A stretch of 64,000 bases of DNA, the filler included, from Conidiobolus incongruus B7586 (Eukaryota), in assembly GCA_000697335.1 (NCBI GenBank). It is 14 parts of 14 records of this genome, joined end to end, with 100 filler letters (N's around TTAATTAATTAA, not from the genome) between each part and the next. Parts side by side here need not be neighbours in the genome. Positions count along the whole stretch, not along the records: positions 10,539 to 24,209 come from JNEM01006437.1; positions 24,310 to 28,377 come from JNEM01006438.1; 12 more parts are not named here. One strand, given 5' to 3'. This document shows, piece by piece, positions 14,960-27,916 of the stretch (its first letter is position 1; every line of letters begins with the position of its first letter). The notes under the pieces are model-generated. The model saw only the letters and a list, made by a program, of their open reading frames with translations, was not told where the DNA came from and searched no databases. A program made the translations under genes and the position numbers.

Positions 14960-15460
14960 AAACCCCTGTCCGGGTTGTCGGCTGTGGCAGCACATTGGAT
15001 CACTCCAAACTGACTAGAATCACTCATCAAAACCGGCTGCCAGGGTGGATTGTGAACCATGCATTCCATAGGACCAATATTGTGAGTCCCATGAAGATAG
15101 ATGTATCTGTGGGCCCATGGGTTCCGATAAAATGGCATACGCTGTCACCAGTGCTAAAAAAGTTAGTTGGGCCCTCAACCAAGGCAAGGTTCCTAAGCTG
15201 TGGCGTAAAACTAAAAATTCAATAAAATTATTATTGGCTAATTTATTTTGAGTTAATTTATTTATTTCATTTTCCAAACCTAGTTAAAATGAATTCAGTC
15301 CAATTTTTACTGTTGACTCTCCTATGATGACGTATTCTCCAAGCTTGCGCACTATGCTAGCTATGTATGCGCCTTGGATCGTCCGGCTCCCTTTGAACGT
15401 ACTCTATGCCCCCGAGATTAGTGAGCTAAACATTTTTACCCTGGCCAATATTACTTAGCA
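14960..15460 (+). pseudogene. Coding-like GC island, probably fragments of a decayed gene; product unknown
   Basis: GC content is far above the flanks. One + frame reads ...RVDCEPCIP*DQYCESHEDRCICGPMGSDKMAYAVTSAKKVSWALNQGKVPKLWRK. A second piece reads MNSVQFLLLTLL*, followed by YDDVFSKLAHYASYVC. In-frame stops are present. Confidence 0.3.
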
Positions 15461-17406
15461 TGTGACCGATATTTCCATACATTAAATTGAATTATTAAAT
15501 TTCATATAGTATGTTGAATTATGGTGGTAATGAAATTTAAGGATATTACAAGAAAAAGAAGGTATACATTAGATAAAAAATTAATAATAAACTGATAGAG
15601 TAATAATCAAGTAGTGACTCTTTTTTTACAATTAATGTTTTCAAGGTTTTACAGTTTTAATATCAAAATTATTTTATCTTTTTTTGTAATATTTGTAATA
15701 ATAAAATGATTATAGATAGTAAGTATATCTCTTGTTACAATATTAGATCATGTAAAAATGAACAAAAGTCAATGCAATTCAATATTTAAATTAAAAGCAA
15801 AGATCCTTGGCTAAAATTTCATTTCTTGTACAAAATAGAACATACTCAAATATTTTAAAATTTGTTGAATGCCTGTTATAATAAGGCTCAGTGATATCCT
15901 ATAATTTAAAGCTGGATTAATAGGTTTAATCAAGAGAAAAAGATTATTGAATATTGACCCAAATCTTGCCACCCAATTACTAACACCAGTTTTAAAATGG
16001 AAAATGCATTTTGACAATTTACTGAAGAGAACCTCAATTTTTCAATTTGATATTTAACTGAAAAACTTCTAATCAGTCATCAATTAGTTTGTACAAAGCT
16101 AATTTCGGCTAATCAAAAAAGATAGTAAAAAGGGCACCTTTAATAATAACTCATAAACTAAAAACTGAAATGATTTCTATTGCAAAACAAAAAATAAGGA
16201 ATATTAAAGAGCATTCTAGACTAAATAAAATATATATTTGGTATAATAAAATTATATATTGCTTTTTACAATCTATTATTTAATAATAACTTAAAAATTA
16301 TAATTAAAAAAATAATTATTTTATAAAATAATGGTAGATATCATAAGTTAAAGTTAGTAACCAATATATTCTCTCAAAAGCACCAATCAATTTTATCCCA
16401 ACCACTATATTTCCCTGATAATAATCTTTTGATTACAATATTTTTGGTTCTTGAAATAAAGGGATTGGTGATTTAATTTCTGGGAATTTTATACTGAAAT
16501 CATAATTTCCAAGTTAATTTCTACAGAGAGTAAAAGCGTATTGTTTATAGTAAGAAAATTTCTTCAAATTTTAAAAATTTTAATATACAATCATATTGAT
16601 TGTTGATTTGATATAATATATTAATATTTTGAATTTCAAGAATATGATAAGAATTTTACTGTACAATAAATTATCATTCAAATTTAATTAAAATCTTTTA
16701 TATAATAGGATGGAATATTATTAAAATATTAATATTAGACTTCGATCATTATCTCTAATAAATTCTTGTGATTTAATACGTCATATCTACAAAAAGGTAT
16801 AAATAAATCATTTTATATAATGTAGAACAAATATAATCGGATCTTCACTAATTCATATAAGAATATCAAATATAAATATAAATATAAACCTATTTGAAAT
16901 GAACAATTTAATAATACAAAATGATTAAAATAGATTAAAATTTTTTAATTATAAAATTATTTTTATAATATATTTAATTTTTATTGGATAATTAAGATCA
17001 AATTTCATATTATTATTATTAATTTCTAAATCATTAAGTAAAAATTTAATATTCTACCTTTAATTATTAAATTAATAAATTATCAAACTATTTTTAGAAT
17101 ATTTTACTATATTTAACTAAAAAATCACATAATTGTTAATATATATTCATAAATTTTATGATGATCACAATGTATTGAAATTAAATATTCTAAACAGAAA
17201 TAAAAGATATATAATGTTAAAATACTATTTGATACTAATCAAAATTATGACTTATATCTGAATTTGAACTGCTAAATTATTAAGTGATAAACAACTATTC
17301 AAATTTTAAAAATGCTTTAATTTATGAAGAAACAAAATATTAGTATATAACCAAATTATAATCTTATTTTTCATCTTATCAATTTTAAAGAAAAAACATT
17401 CAAGTA

Positions 17407-19432
17407 ATGAAAAATATAATAAAATTTATTGCAAGATTTTTAATATTACTTTGCATTTTTAATAATGGGAATTTTTTGCAATTGAAAATAAATAAATATT
17501 TTAATATATAATATATAAAAATAAATATATAATATAAATTTAATAGTTTTTTTTATTATTAATAACTTTTTGCTATACTTTTAGCAAAGATCTAACACCT
17601 AAAAAATAGTTTTTTTTATTAAAGACTGAAATTTAATGTTTTACAAATCAATTAAATTTTCTTGCAAAAATTTTCTTTCTTACAAGCTGGTTTTTTAATT
17701 ACCTAAAGCAATTATAATTATATAGGTTATAATTTAAAGAATATACTAGATGTGGTAGTTTTTTCTAGTTATTTTTAATTAGAAAGTTTTTTACAGTTTT
17801 AGATTTATGAATTTTACAATTATCATGTAAAATAATAAGTTTTCTCAAATTATATTGAGAACACTAATTAGAAATACTTTTATTTAAAAAAAATATAAAG
17901 TTTATTATTAATTGATTTTCCTTTAAAAACTAAATAAAAGTAGCATATACTATTATAATCTATTATAATAATTAACATTTGTTTATTAACAAAATATTTA
18001 TTTAAAGGGATTTGTAAAAGAAGTTAATTTAACTTAATCTAGCATTTTGATTTGTGTTTTAGTAAAGGATTATATAAAAGGATTTAAGATTCATTAATTA
18101 TAATTATTTACTGTAAAAGTTTAAGCTTCTTATAATATTTTAATAGGTTTTATTTAACAATAGCTACTCTAGCTTTTTTTTAAACTTTAGTTAAATTATA
18201 AGGTATTTATTTTATATTTTTATTTATTAATTTGAGTTTAAACTTTAATATATATAAAATACTTGTAAAACTTATATTAAAGTACTTAGATAATTCTTTA
18301 ACTAAAATAAAAAGGTACTTTTCAATATATTTTTTTACTCTATTAACAATTAAAAAAATAATAGTTAAAGTTAGTTTTTTAAATTTTAACAGGTTTTAGA
18401 TAATTTTTCTTTTAATTTTAAAGTAATTTACCTAGTGATAAATTGTTAATTTAGATAATACTTTATTATTAAAAGCTACTTGTAAATTTTAATTAGTTTT
18501 AAAAGGTTTATGGTTAAGTTTTACTAATATTAAAATAAAAAACTTTTGATGATCACTATTTGGTTTAAGCATAATTAAATTAAACAACCAATTTTAAAAA
18601 GTTAATTTTTTAATCAAAAAAATTATTATATATATATATATATATAATGTCCTATTAACTTTATATATATTTATTTATTTCAAACTAATAATATGTTTGA
18701 AAAATTAGAAATTAAAAAATTTCCCATTTCTTCAAATTCAAGGTAATAGTTTCAGGTGTCTTTATTTTAGTGGTAATTGTTAATACTGTATTTTTGGATC
18801 AAGTTGATTATAGTGTTGATAAATATACTTGTTTTTGTGATTGCTGGGATAGAAAATTCAAAAGTGAATACTATGGCAAAACTAAGGACTATAAAGCAGT
18901 ATATTTCAATATGTCGAAACCAACCATATTCGTATTTTTATGGACTGTATTCCATATATTATTGCTAGATAAAGCCATTAATAAGATATTGGTCAATATC
19001 CATAACCTTAGATATCACGTTCTACTCTTAAGTCCAGTCGCGTTATTTGGTAACTTTTATAACTGGTGGTCTACATGGAACTATCTTAATGATGAATTCT
19101 ATCCAATGCTTCATACTCAAATGTTCTTTAATATTACAGGATTATTCCCAATTGCTGTGATATATAATTTACTACTCAAGGGTTCTTATGTTGACAGCCT
19201 ATATACACACATTAGCATCTCAATCTCACTTTCACATATAGTTTTTGCTTTGTATGATCAAGGATTCGAGCATTTACTCCATCAAATTGGCAAAAAGGAG
19301 CGAGATCTGATGTTTTTGATCAGTGATACAGTATCACTATTTTTAGTTCTTTATTATTCTAGACGTATTTCTTTACACCACTTGGCTTTTTTAACTGTTT
19401 GTTGGACATATATTTATTGGTTTATTCAATAA
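17407..19432 (+). pseudogene. Membrane-protein paralog interrupted at codon 13 by a mariner insertion
   Basis: ATG AAA AAT ATA ATA AAA TTT ATT GCA AGA TTT TTA ATA at 17407-17445 matches the start of the 21746 gene. The frame resumes after the duplicated TA (18747-18748) with GTT TCA GGT GTC and stays open to TAA at 19432. Confidence 0.92.
17446..18746 (-). mobile_element. Full-length mariner copy B (1301 bp), heavily C->T/G->A mutated
   Basis: TIRs TTACTTTGCATTTTTAATAATGGGAA ... TTCCCATTTCTTCAAATTCAAGGTAA. The TA target duplication (17444-45 / 18747-48) is confirmed by the empty site in the 21746 paralog. Colinear with copies A and D. Confidence 0.95.
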
Positions 19433-21745
19433 TCCCAGATATTTTAATCATCTAATCATTTCATTAATTATATATTTTTAAATTTTTTTCATACTCTATC
19501 AGGTACATTATTATTATTATTTAAATAATTTAATATTTTGATTTATTTTAATTATAAAGTTTATCCTATTATAAATTTCGATTTATATTTAAAACTCTTA
19601 AATTAATATTATACAAGTTATTAAGAAATATCAATTGAGCAATTATCTTTATTTAATTTTAATATTTATATATTCAAATTAATATATAATTCTCATTTTG
19701 TTAATTTGAAAAGTATAAGGTCTTAAAATCAAATATTTTATTATATGAAATATATTTAGTTAATTTGAATTAAAGTAAATCCAAGTTTCAATAGATCAAT
19801 ATGCTTTGAATATATAAAATAAACAATGTTCATATACAGGTTGATTATATATATCTGATAAAAATATCGCTAATTGAAATACTTTATAGTATTATCTAAA
19901 AAACCAATATTTTGTTTTGAATGTTATTTAGATATACTAGTTGATATTTATAAAATTAACAACATTGAAATATTTACTAAGATATATTTAAATTATATTA
20001 AATATTGAGTCATAGTGATATTTCTAATTTAATTAATATAGTTTAATATAATTATTTGAAAAAATAATTTGAAATTATGATATAATTTTTTTAATTAATA
20101 AAAAAAATTAATAGTTCAGAATATATTATTTAAATATCAAACATAATAAATATCAAGACTAAATAAAATTTATTTCCTTTTTTCATCTTTATCATATTAA
20201 AAAATTGAGTTTATATTAACAAATAATACTTACAAATTCACTCAACTGTCAACATTTGATTTATTTTGTTATAAAAATGAATATATCATTTTGAAAAAAG
20301 GTGTATTGAGTATACAGTAATATCTAATTATAATCCAATAACTAAGTTCAGTATAAATTTAAACATATATTCTGAATATTTTAGTATAGATTGTAATATT
20401 TATATTTTATATCTACATAAAATTAATTTTTTTTACTTTACTAGATTGATTTATTCAAATATTAATTATAATTTGTAACGTGAGTGAAAGATATATTCTT
20501 TCTCATTAAAATAAATATTTTGATTCATTTAGTTTTTATTTTATATTGTACATGAAATATTGGTAGAATATATTTGATTAATATTAATACAAATAAACTC
20601 ATCAACGATTCGAATTCAATTTTTATGATTGGGGTATTACCAATTGACCATGTAGTTTCATTTAATTGAGTGCGCAGACTTATGTCTCAGGCAATATATA
20701 AATCTTCATGCTATTCATATAACTTTGGCAAAATATGCTAATTGCAATATTTATAAATTCATCCAATATTTACGTATTATATTTTTTGTTAAATTGAAAA
20801 TTGTTGGAAATTTAATAGATTAAGAAAAATATTTTAATATATATATAGTTCACTTGAATTAAAATGATTTTAGGAGAAAATAATTAATTCATATATTTAA
20901 ATTATTTCTATTGATTTGGAAAATCCAAAAAAGTATAAATATAATATATTAACAGTAGAGAAATCTATGAAACATATTTCAAAGTAGTAATATTTATAAC
21001 AATTTTTAGTTACTAAATCATAATTGATAAATAATTGAAATTTGATAAATATTTGGTTTATTTTTAGAAAATAATATGAATAATATTAAAAATTTATATT
21101 AATCAATTAAATTTATAACTTATTTTATTATTTACAATTGTAATTTATAAATGATTAGACGATTAAAGCGTGGAAATGAGATTAATTGAAATAATAATTT
21201 CATTTTAAATTTGAATAAACATTTGATTCGGATTTTAAAATGAATTAATTGAGTGATTTAAAAATGAACACAAAGCCTCATATTAAATATCATTAGTTAA
21301 TGTAAATAATTAATATTGCCATGGCATGTTTCCTTGAAATATTTTTGATTTTGATAATTATTTATAACAATTTATAAAGTAATAATATATAAAAACAATC
21401 AATATTTAATATCTATATTCATTTTGTTTAAAAATAATTTATCATAAATTATAAACTGATAAACCAGAGTTTAATATTGCCAATTAAACTCTTAAATTTA
21501 ATCTTTCTAATTAGAAAGTTTTATATTACAAAGAAATATTATTGTATTACCAAGATATTAGGCATAGTTCCGAAATAAAACCACATAATTAAATATATAT
21601 ATTAATACCATATTTAGAATTTAGGTGAAAATTTTTTCTCATTAATTAGTCTTTAAAAATTTGAAATATGATAAAATTTATATATAAGGAATAGTATAAC
21701 CTTGACAAGTAGCTTTATAGATATTAAAATAATTTAATTAAAACA

Positions 21746-22468
21746 ATGAAAAATATAATAGAATTCATTGCAAGATTTTTAATAGTTTCAGGTGTCTTTA
21801 TTTTAGTAGTAATTGTTAATACTGCATTTTTGGATAAAGTTGATTATAGTGTTGATAAATATACTTGTTCTTGTGATTGCTGGGATAGAAAATTCAAAGG
21901 TGAATACTATGGCAAAACTAAGGACTATAAAGCAGTATATTTCAATATGTCGAAACCAACCATATTCGTATTTTTATGGACTGTATTCCATGTATTATTA
22001 CTAGATAAAGCCATTAATAAGGTATTGGTCAATATCCGTAATCTTAGATATCACGTTCTACTCTTAAGCGCGGTTGCTTTACTCGGTAACTTTTACAACT
22101 GGTGGTGTACTTGGAACTATCTTAATGATGAATTCTATCCAATGCTTCATACTCAAATGTTCTTTAATATTACAGGATTATTCCCAATTGCTGTGATATA
22201 TAATTTACTACTCAAGGGTTCTTATGTTGACAGCCTATATACACACATTAGCATCTCAATCTCACTTTCACATATAGTTTTTGCTTTGTATGATCAAGGA
22301 TTCGAGCATTTACTCCATCAAATTGGCAAAAAGGAGCGAGATCTGATGTTTTTGATCAGTGATACAGTATCACTATTTTTAGTTCTTTATTATTCTAGAC
22401 GTATTTCTTTACACCACTTGGCTTTTTTAACTGTATGTTGGACATATATTTATTGGTTTATTCAATAA
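21746..22468 (+). CDS. Intronless 240-aa multi-pass membrane protein of unknown function
   Basis: Intact ORF with about 6-7 hydrophobic segments, a loop motif [12 protein letters not shown] and the segment [12 protein letters not shown]. Two local paralogs support it as a real gene. Confidence 0.88.
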   Translation: MKNIIEFIARFLIVSGVFILVVIVNTAFLDKVDYSVDKYTCSCDCWDRKFKGEYYGKTKDYKAVYFNMSKPTIFVFLWTVFHVLLLDKAINKVLVNIRNLRYHVLLLSAVALLGNFYNWWCTWNYLNDEFYPMLHTQMFFNITGLFPIAVIYNLLLKGSYVDSLYTHISISISLSHIVFALYDQGFEHLLHQIGKKERDLMFLISDTVSLFLVLYYSRRISLHHLAFLTVCWTYIYWFIQ

Positions 22469-22807
22469 TTTCAAAATTATTATTCATTTACAAGTTTAAT
22501 ATAAAAATTTTATTATTTCGAAAACTTAAATCTAAAAATTAATAATTATTAAAAGGTAATTACTTGATATATCGCTCAAATGTTAAATGGATAATATTAT
22601 TAATAATTTTTCATTTTACAAATTCTAATTATATATTGTATATAATGATTTAATGTGCAATTTTTAAACATATATATTTTCACATTGTTATTTGTTTTAA
22701 ATTTCAAGTTTTATTTGGGTTAATTTTTGGATAAATATTATAACCTTGAGTAATTTCAAAGGTGGAAATTTCTCTTAAATTTTTTAACAATCATTTGTGA
22801 TACTATT

Positions 22808-23870
22808 GCAGGTCTTCTAGCAAGTAGACTTGAAATAAAGATCACGTAGATTCAACAAAATGGGCCAAGGGCGACTAACGAGATACTTTAAAGGGTTTTA
22901 TAAAAATATTAAGGTGTAGGGCTTGGCCCTGATCAAGATGATCCTTGAGTGAATAGTTGCCTAGTGACTATTTTATAGTGTGGTTAGTTCTTTGCCAATG
23001 TGCTCAAACTCCAATTACTGTTATAATCTGGATTTTTCCATTGTGCAAGCATTGTACCTGGTATTTGTGAGTGGATTATATTCGTAATCATGACGGGCGG
23101 TGATAGTTGAATGGCGAGCGGCCCTCCCGATCAATGTCAATATTTATGTTATTATATAATATTGAAACACTATGTTGATTTAATTCTCAATATTAGAATT
23201 TTTCTTATATCAAATTGAAAATAACAAATTATGGCGTTTTAATGATATTAAAATTGATATTTAATAATATGTTTTGTATAATTCACCGAATAATGGAAGT
23301 TGATTTTATAAATAGATAGCATATTTTTTATCCATTTACATTAACTCAGAATGGTTTTATATAAATATCAAACATATTTTCTAATAGATGGATAAAATGG
23401 TATTTCAATAAGCGATATTATTTTATTTTCAATTGAATGAATCATTTTTCTAAATCTTCAATTCAAAAATTATTACTCCAAATTTCATATAATGAGAATT
23501 TTTTGAGATTTAAAATAAATAAAGGTTTTAATATATAATGCAAGGCTTCTGGAAAGTAGTCTTGTGATAAAGATCACGTGATTCCAATGATACGATCCAA
23601 AGACAACTAACAAGATACTTTAGAGGAGTTTTATTAAAATATCAAGCTATAAGGCTTGGCCTTGATCAAAGTGATCATCTAGAATATATCTGTCCAGTGA
23701 CTATTTTATAGTGAGGCTGATCCTTGGCCAATGTGTTGAAGCTCTAACTTCTGTTATAGTCTGAAATTTTCCATAATGCAAGGATTGTTAATGATATTTG
23801 TAAATGGATTATATTCAGAATCTTGACAAACAATTAAAATTGAAAAATGAGTAGACCTCCTGATTTGTAA
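22808..23870 (-). repeat. Diverged tandem duplication (about 330 bp: 22808-23140 and 23539-23870) of a coding-like relic
   Basis: Shared blocks include ataaagatcacgt, ggcttggcc.tgatcaa, agtgactattttatagtg and tggattatattc. The minus strand gives related peptides DYEYNPLTN / DSEYNPFTN and HYKIVT, both with stops and frameshifts. Confidence 0.75.
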
Positions 23871-24209
23871 TAATAAGTTGCAAAAATAAAAATATATTAT
23901 AAAATCAATATCTTTATTTATTATTAATAACACTTTCCTATACTTTTGGAAAGTTTTTAACACCAAAAAAGCTGTTTATTTATAAAAGGCTAAAATTTAA
24001 TATTTTACAAACTAATTAAATTTTTTATATAAATTTTCTTTCTTGTAAATTAGTTTTTTAATTACTCAAAGTAATTTTAATTATATATGTTATAATCTAT
24101 TATATGAATTAAAATTAATAGATTTTATTGATAATTTTTAATTAAAAATTATTTTATAGTTTATAAAATTTATAGTTTTTTATAAATTATTAAATAGTTT
24201 TATAAAAAT
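23870..24209 (-). mobile_element. Degenerate 3' fragment of a diverged mariner
   Basis: Matches the transposase C-terminal region of copies B, C and D (ttattaataacactttcctatacttttggaaag...tattttacaaactaattaaa). Confidence 0.7.
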
Positions 24210-25225
24210 NNNNNNNNNNNNNNNNNNNNNNNNNNNNNNNNNNNNNNNNNNNNTTAATTAATTAANNNNNNNNNNNNNNNNNNNNNNNNNNNNNNNNNNN
24301 NNNNNNNNNCTTGGGCCATTCTTTATTGCTTCGTTTCCTTCATATACCTATCTATTTGGATCCTTGAGCTCCGTTTTCTCGATTATATGAATACTTTCAC
24401 ATCAAACATATATATCTTTCTCTTTTGAATTTGAGACTTGTGCATTGGTCTGTTTTGAGTTGAGTAGATATTTAATTTGGAGAGGATTTGAGTGACAGGT
24501 GAATTTTGTCAGCCAGATTTGAGTGCCTTCTCCGGTCGTCAGCAGTCATTGCACCCAGTATTTGCTCATTTATTTTAAAAATAGTAATTATTTAAAATAT
24601 ATTTTTAATATTTTTCACTTTTTTATACTAACAAATTTATATTATTTTAGATTTCCCCTCCCCCCCTTTTTTGCATTGTTCAATCTCTTTCGCTGATTTG
24701 CAATCATTCTTCTATATACTTTTGTCCTCACTCTAAAATATGGATCTTCTCTGATGTTGATTTTCACTCTGGCTTAGTGATTTTGTATATTATCATTAAT
24801 TAATAAATAAATATAATATAAATATATACATTCTAATTTTTATTTAGATTTTAACTTATTTTCTAATGTTAAATTTATATCATGTTTTTATCTATTAACT
24901 CAATTTTTTTATTAATATTTATTTTTTAATATATTTCAAGTTATTTGTGAAAAATTAAGCTAATCAGTTATTTTACTAATTTATTATTAAGGATTTGCTT
25001 ATTTAATATTATTTGGGGAATCCTCAGAATTTGATGTTAATATAATGAGAGATTTCATATTTCTCTAAAGATATATATTGAATTTGCTTATCATTTAATA
25101 AAGAAGATATATATTTTGTTACTAATCCTAATAGTTTTGTCTGATCAATTTATTTTGAAATTAATAAAATCTAACTTTATTTTAACTATAAAATATAAAG
25201 AATCAGGGTAACTCAAAGATTAATA

Positions 25226-26543
25226 TTAGTGCAGAAATTAAGTAATGGCATAATTTTAAAATTAAAATTAAACAAACAAATTAATAAATAATATATAAAA
25301 ATTAATGAATAATATAAAATTAATAGCCTCCTTTATTATTAATAACTCTTTTCTATACCTTTGGTAAACTTCTAATACCTAAAAAACAGTTCTTTTTATT
25401 AAGGACTGAAATTTGATATTTTACAAACCAATTTAATTTGTTTATAGGAATTTTTTTTCCTGTAAGCTGTTTTTTTTAATTGTCTAAAACAATTATAATC
25501 ATATAAGTTATAATCAAGTGAATATACTAGATGTGGTAACTTCCTCTAATTTTTTTTATATAAAAAATCTTTTACAGCTTTAACTTTATATATTTTACAA
25601 TTATTATGTAAAATAATAAATGTCTTTAATTTATATTGAAAACACCATTTAGAAATTGTTTTATTTAAAAAAATAATATATAACTTACTATTAATTGATT
25701 TTCTTTGAGATATTAAATAAAAATACCATATACCATTATAATCTATTACAACAATTAACATTCACTTATATTTAAAGTACTTATTCATTAGAATTTATAA
25801 AAGGGATTGATTTAGCTTAACCTAACATTTTGTTTTATTTTTAGGTAAAGGATTATATAAAAGAATCTAAAATTCATCAATTATAAGTATTTGCTATAAA
25901 AACCTTTGTTTTTAGCTATATCTTAATAAGTTTAATTTAGTTATAGCTACTTTAGTTTTTTTAGGCTTCTGTTAAACTATAAGGTATCTATTTTGCATTT
26001 TTATTAATTAATCTAAGTTTAAACTTAAGTGAATATAACATGCTTATATAATTAACATTAAATTGCTTTGATAATTCTCTAGCAATAATAAGAAGATATT
26101 TTTTAATATATTTTTTTACTCTATTAATAAGTGAAAGAATGATAGAAAAAATTAATCTTTTAGATTTTGGTAAATTTTAAATAATGTTCCTTCTTGTTTT
26201 AAAATCATAAATCTAGTGATATATAGTAGTTTTAGATAAAGCACAATCTTTATAAACTGTTTACAAGTTTTAAATGATTTTAGAGGGTTTATGATTAAGA
26301 TTTAAAGATACAAAAATAAAAGCCTTTTGATAATCACAATTTAGTTTAAATATAATTAAATTTAAGTATAAATTTTAAAATCAAATATTTTAATAAAAAA
26401 AATAATAAAAATTGATAATATATATATAGTTTCAAAATATTTATTTTCCTATATATTTTATATATATATAATCTTTCAAAATATATAATATGTTTGAAAG
26501 ATCAGAAATTAAAAAATTTGCCATTTTTTAATTTCTATACTAA
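25226..26543 (-). mobile_element. Full-length mariner copy C, second subfamily, hypermutated
   Basis: TA-flanked ends TTAGTGCAGAAATTAAGTAATGGCA ... TTGCCATTTTTTAATTTCTATACTAA. The ORF remnant at 25546-25761 (MLIVVIDYNGIWYFYL...IILHNNCKIYK) has the catalytic HDN changed to HNN. Confidence 0.9.
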
Positions 26544-27916
26544 TAATATACATAATCCCCTCTAGCTAGGACTCAACTTAAAAAATTAATAATATTCATT
26601 ATATTAATGTTTTTATGTTAATAATTATTAGAGTAATAATAAAGTTTTATAATTAAATTGAGATAAATATTGAATTCATTCCATATTACTTAAAAAAAAG
26701 ATATAATAATAGATAGTAATTTTTGATATAAGATTGAATCAAAATTTTTTTGGAAATTATTGAACTATTTTAAAAAGTTTGTAGTTTAGATTTACTATAA
26801 TTTAATAAGATACTAACCACTATTATAAACCAGAAAATGATTATATTTCTATTAAAAAGTAACTCTAAATAAAATTATATTATTTAAAATCATTGATTAC
26901 GGTATTTATTTTGTATTTAATATCCTATTTAATAATAATTAAATATTTAATTAATAAAGAATAAAAATTTCATTATTTAAATTTATAAATAATTAATATA
27001 AATTTTTTATTTTAAAATATTTTATTATAATTTTTCAAAATTTTATTCAATATTATAGAGAGAAATCTTTAAACATATTAAGTAGATCATAATAGTTTAT
27101 AAATAATATATTTTAAAATCAAGAAATTAATTTTTTTAATCAAATTTAATCACCTATTTGTAATATAATTTTATTTTGGATATAGTAAACAAAATAGATA
27201 CTTTATTAATTTAATATAAAATCTAAATTATATTCTGACTATCATAAATAATAAATATAATATTTTGTAGGTAACATTTTATATGATAATATATCTATAA
27301 TCAAAATAAATTATTTATAATTTTAATTAAAATCAAATAACTATAATTTTGCATTCAATATTATTTCATAGTATATAATGGTTCAAAAAAAATAATTTAT
27401 TTAATATTTCTATATTTTATATAAAATAATAAAGTTAAAGTAAATATAACATGTTTAATATATCAATAATTTTCTTGTTTTCGAATAAAAATTTTCATAC
27501 TAATGGTGTTTAGTTAATTTAACTATATAGGTTTTTATATTTTAATTTTAAAAATAAAATTTTAAAATATAAGGTTGAAATATTATAATTCTCTTTCCTT
27601 GAATTTAATTTTTTGACTTATCAAAACAACTCTAATCATAAGAGCATATATCTGGTAAATATAATGGATATGGTAACAAAGATTAATTTCTTAATAAATA
27701 AATCAGAAATATATATATTTAATGATTTTAATATAAAGAGTTTAAATTAATTGAATTTTTTATATTAATTTATATTATTTGTTTTTAAATATTTAATTTT
27801 ATTTTATCATTATATATTTTCTAAGTAATAATTAATAGAATAATAGAACTTTATTATTAATACTTATGATTATTATTTATATTTTTGAAATAATTGTTAT
27901 TTTGATATTTATGATA

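Noticed and set aside
15811..16017. 68-aa minus-strand ORF
   Set aside because: Non-ATG start, no motifs and no splice-supported extension.
18777..22004. 63-aa ORFs at 18777 and 21813
   Set aside because: These are +1 frame shadows of the membrane-protein paralogs.
24310..24800. GC-richer patch after a gap
   Set aside because: No sustained ORF or recognisable motif in the frames I read.
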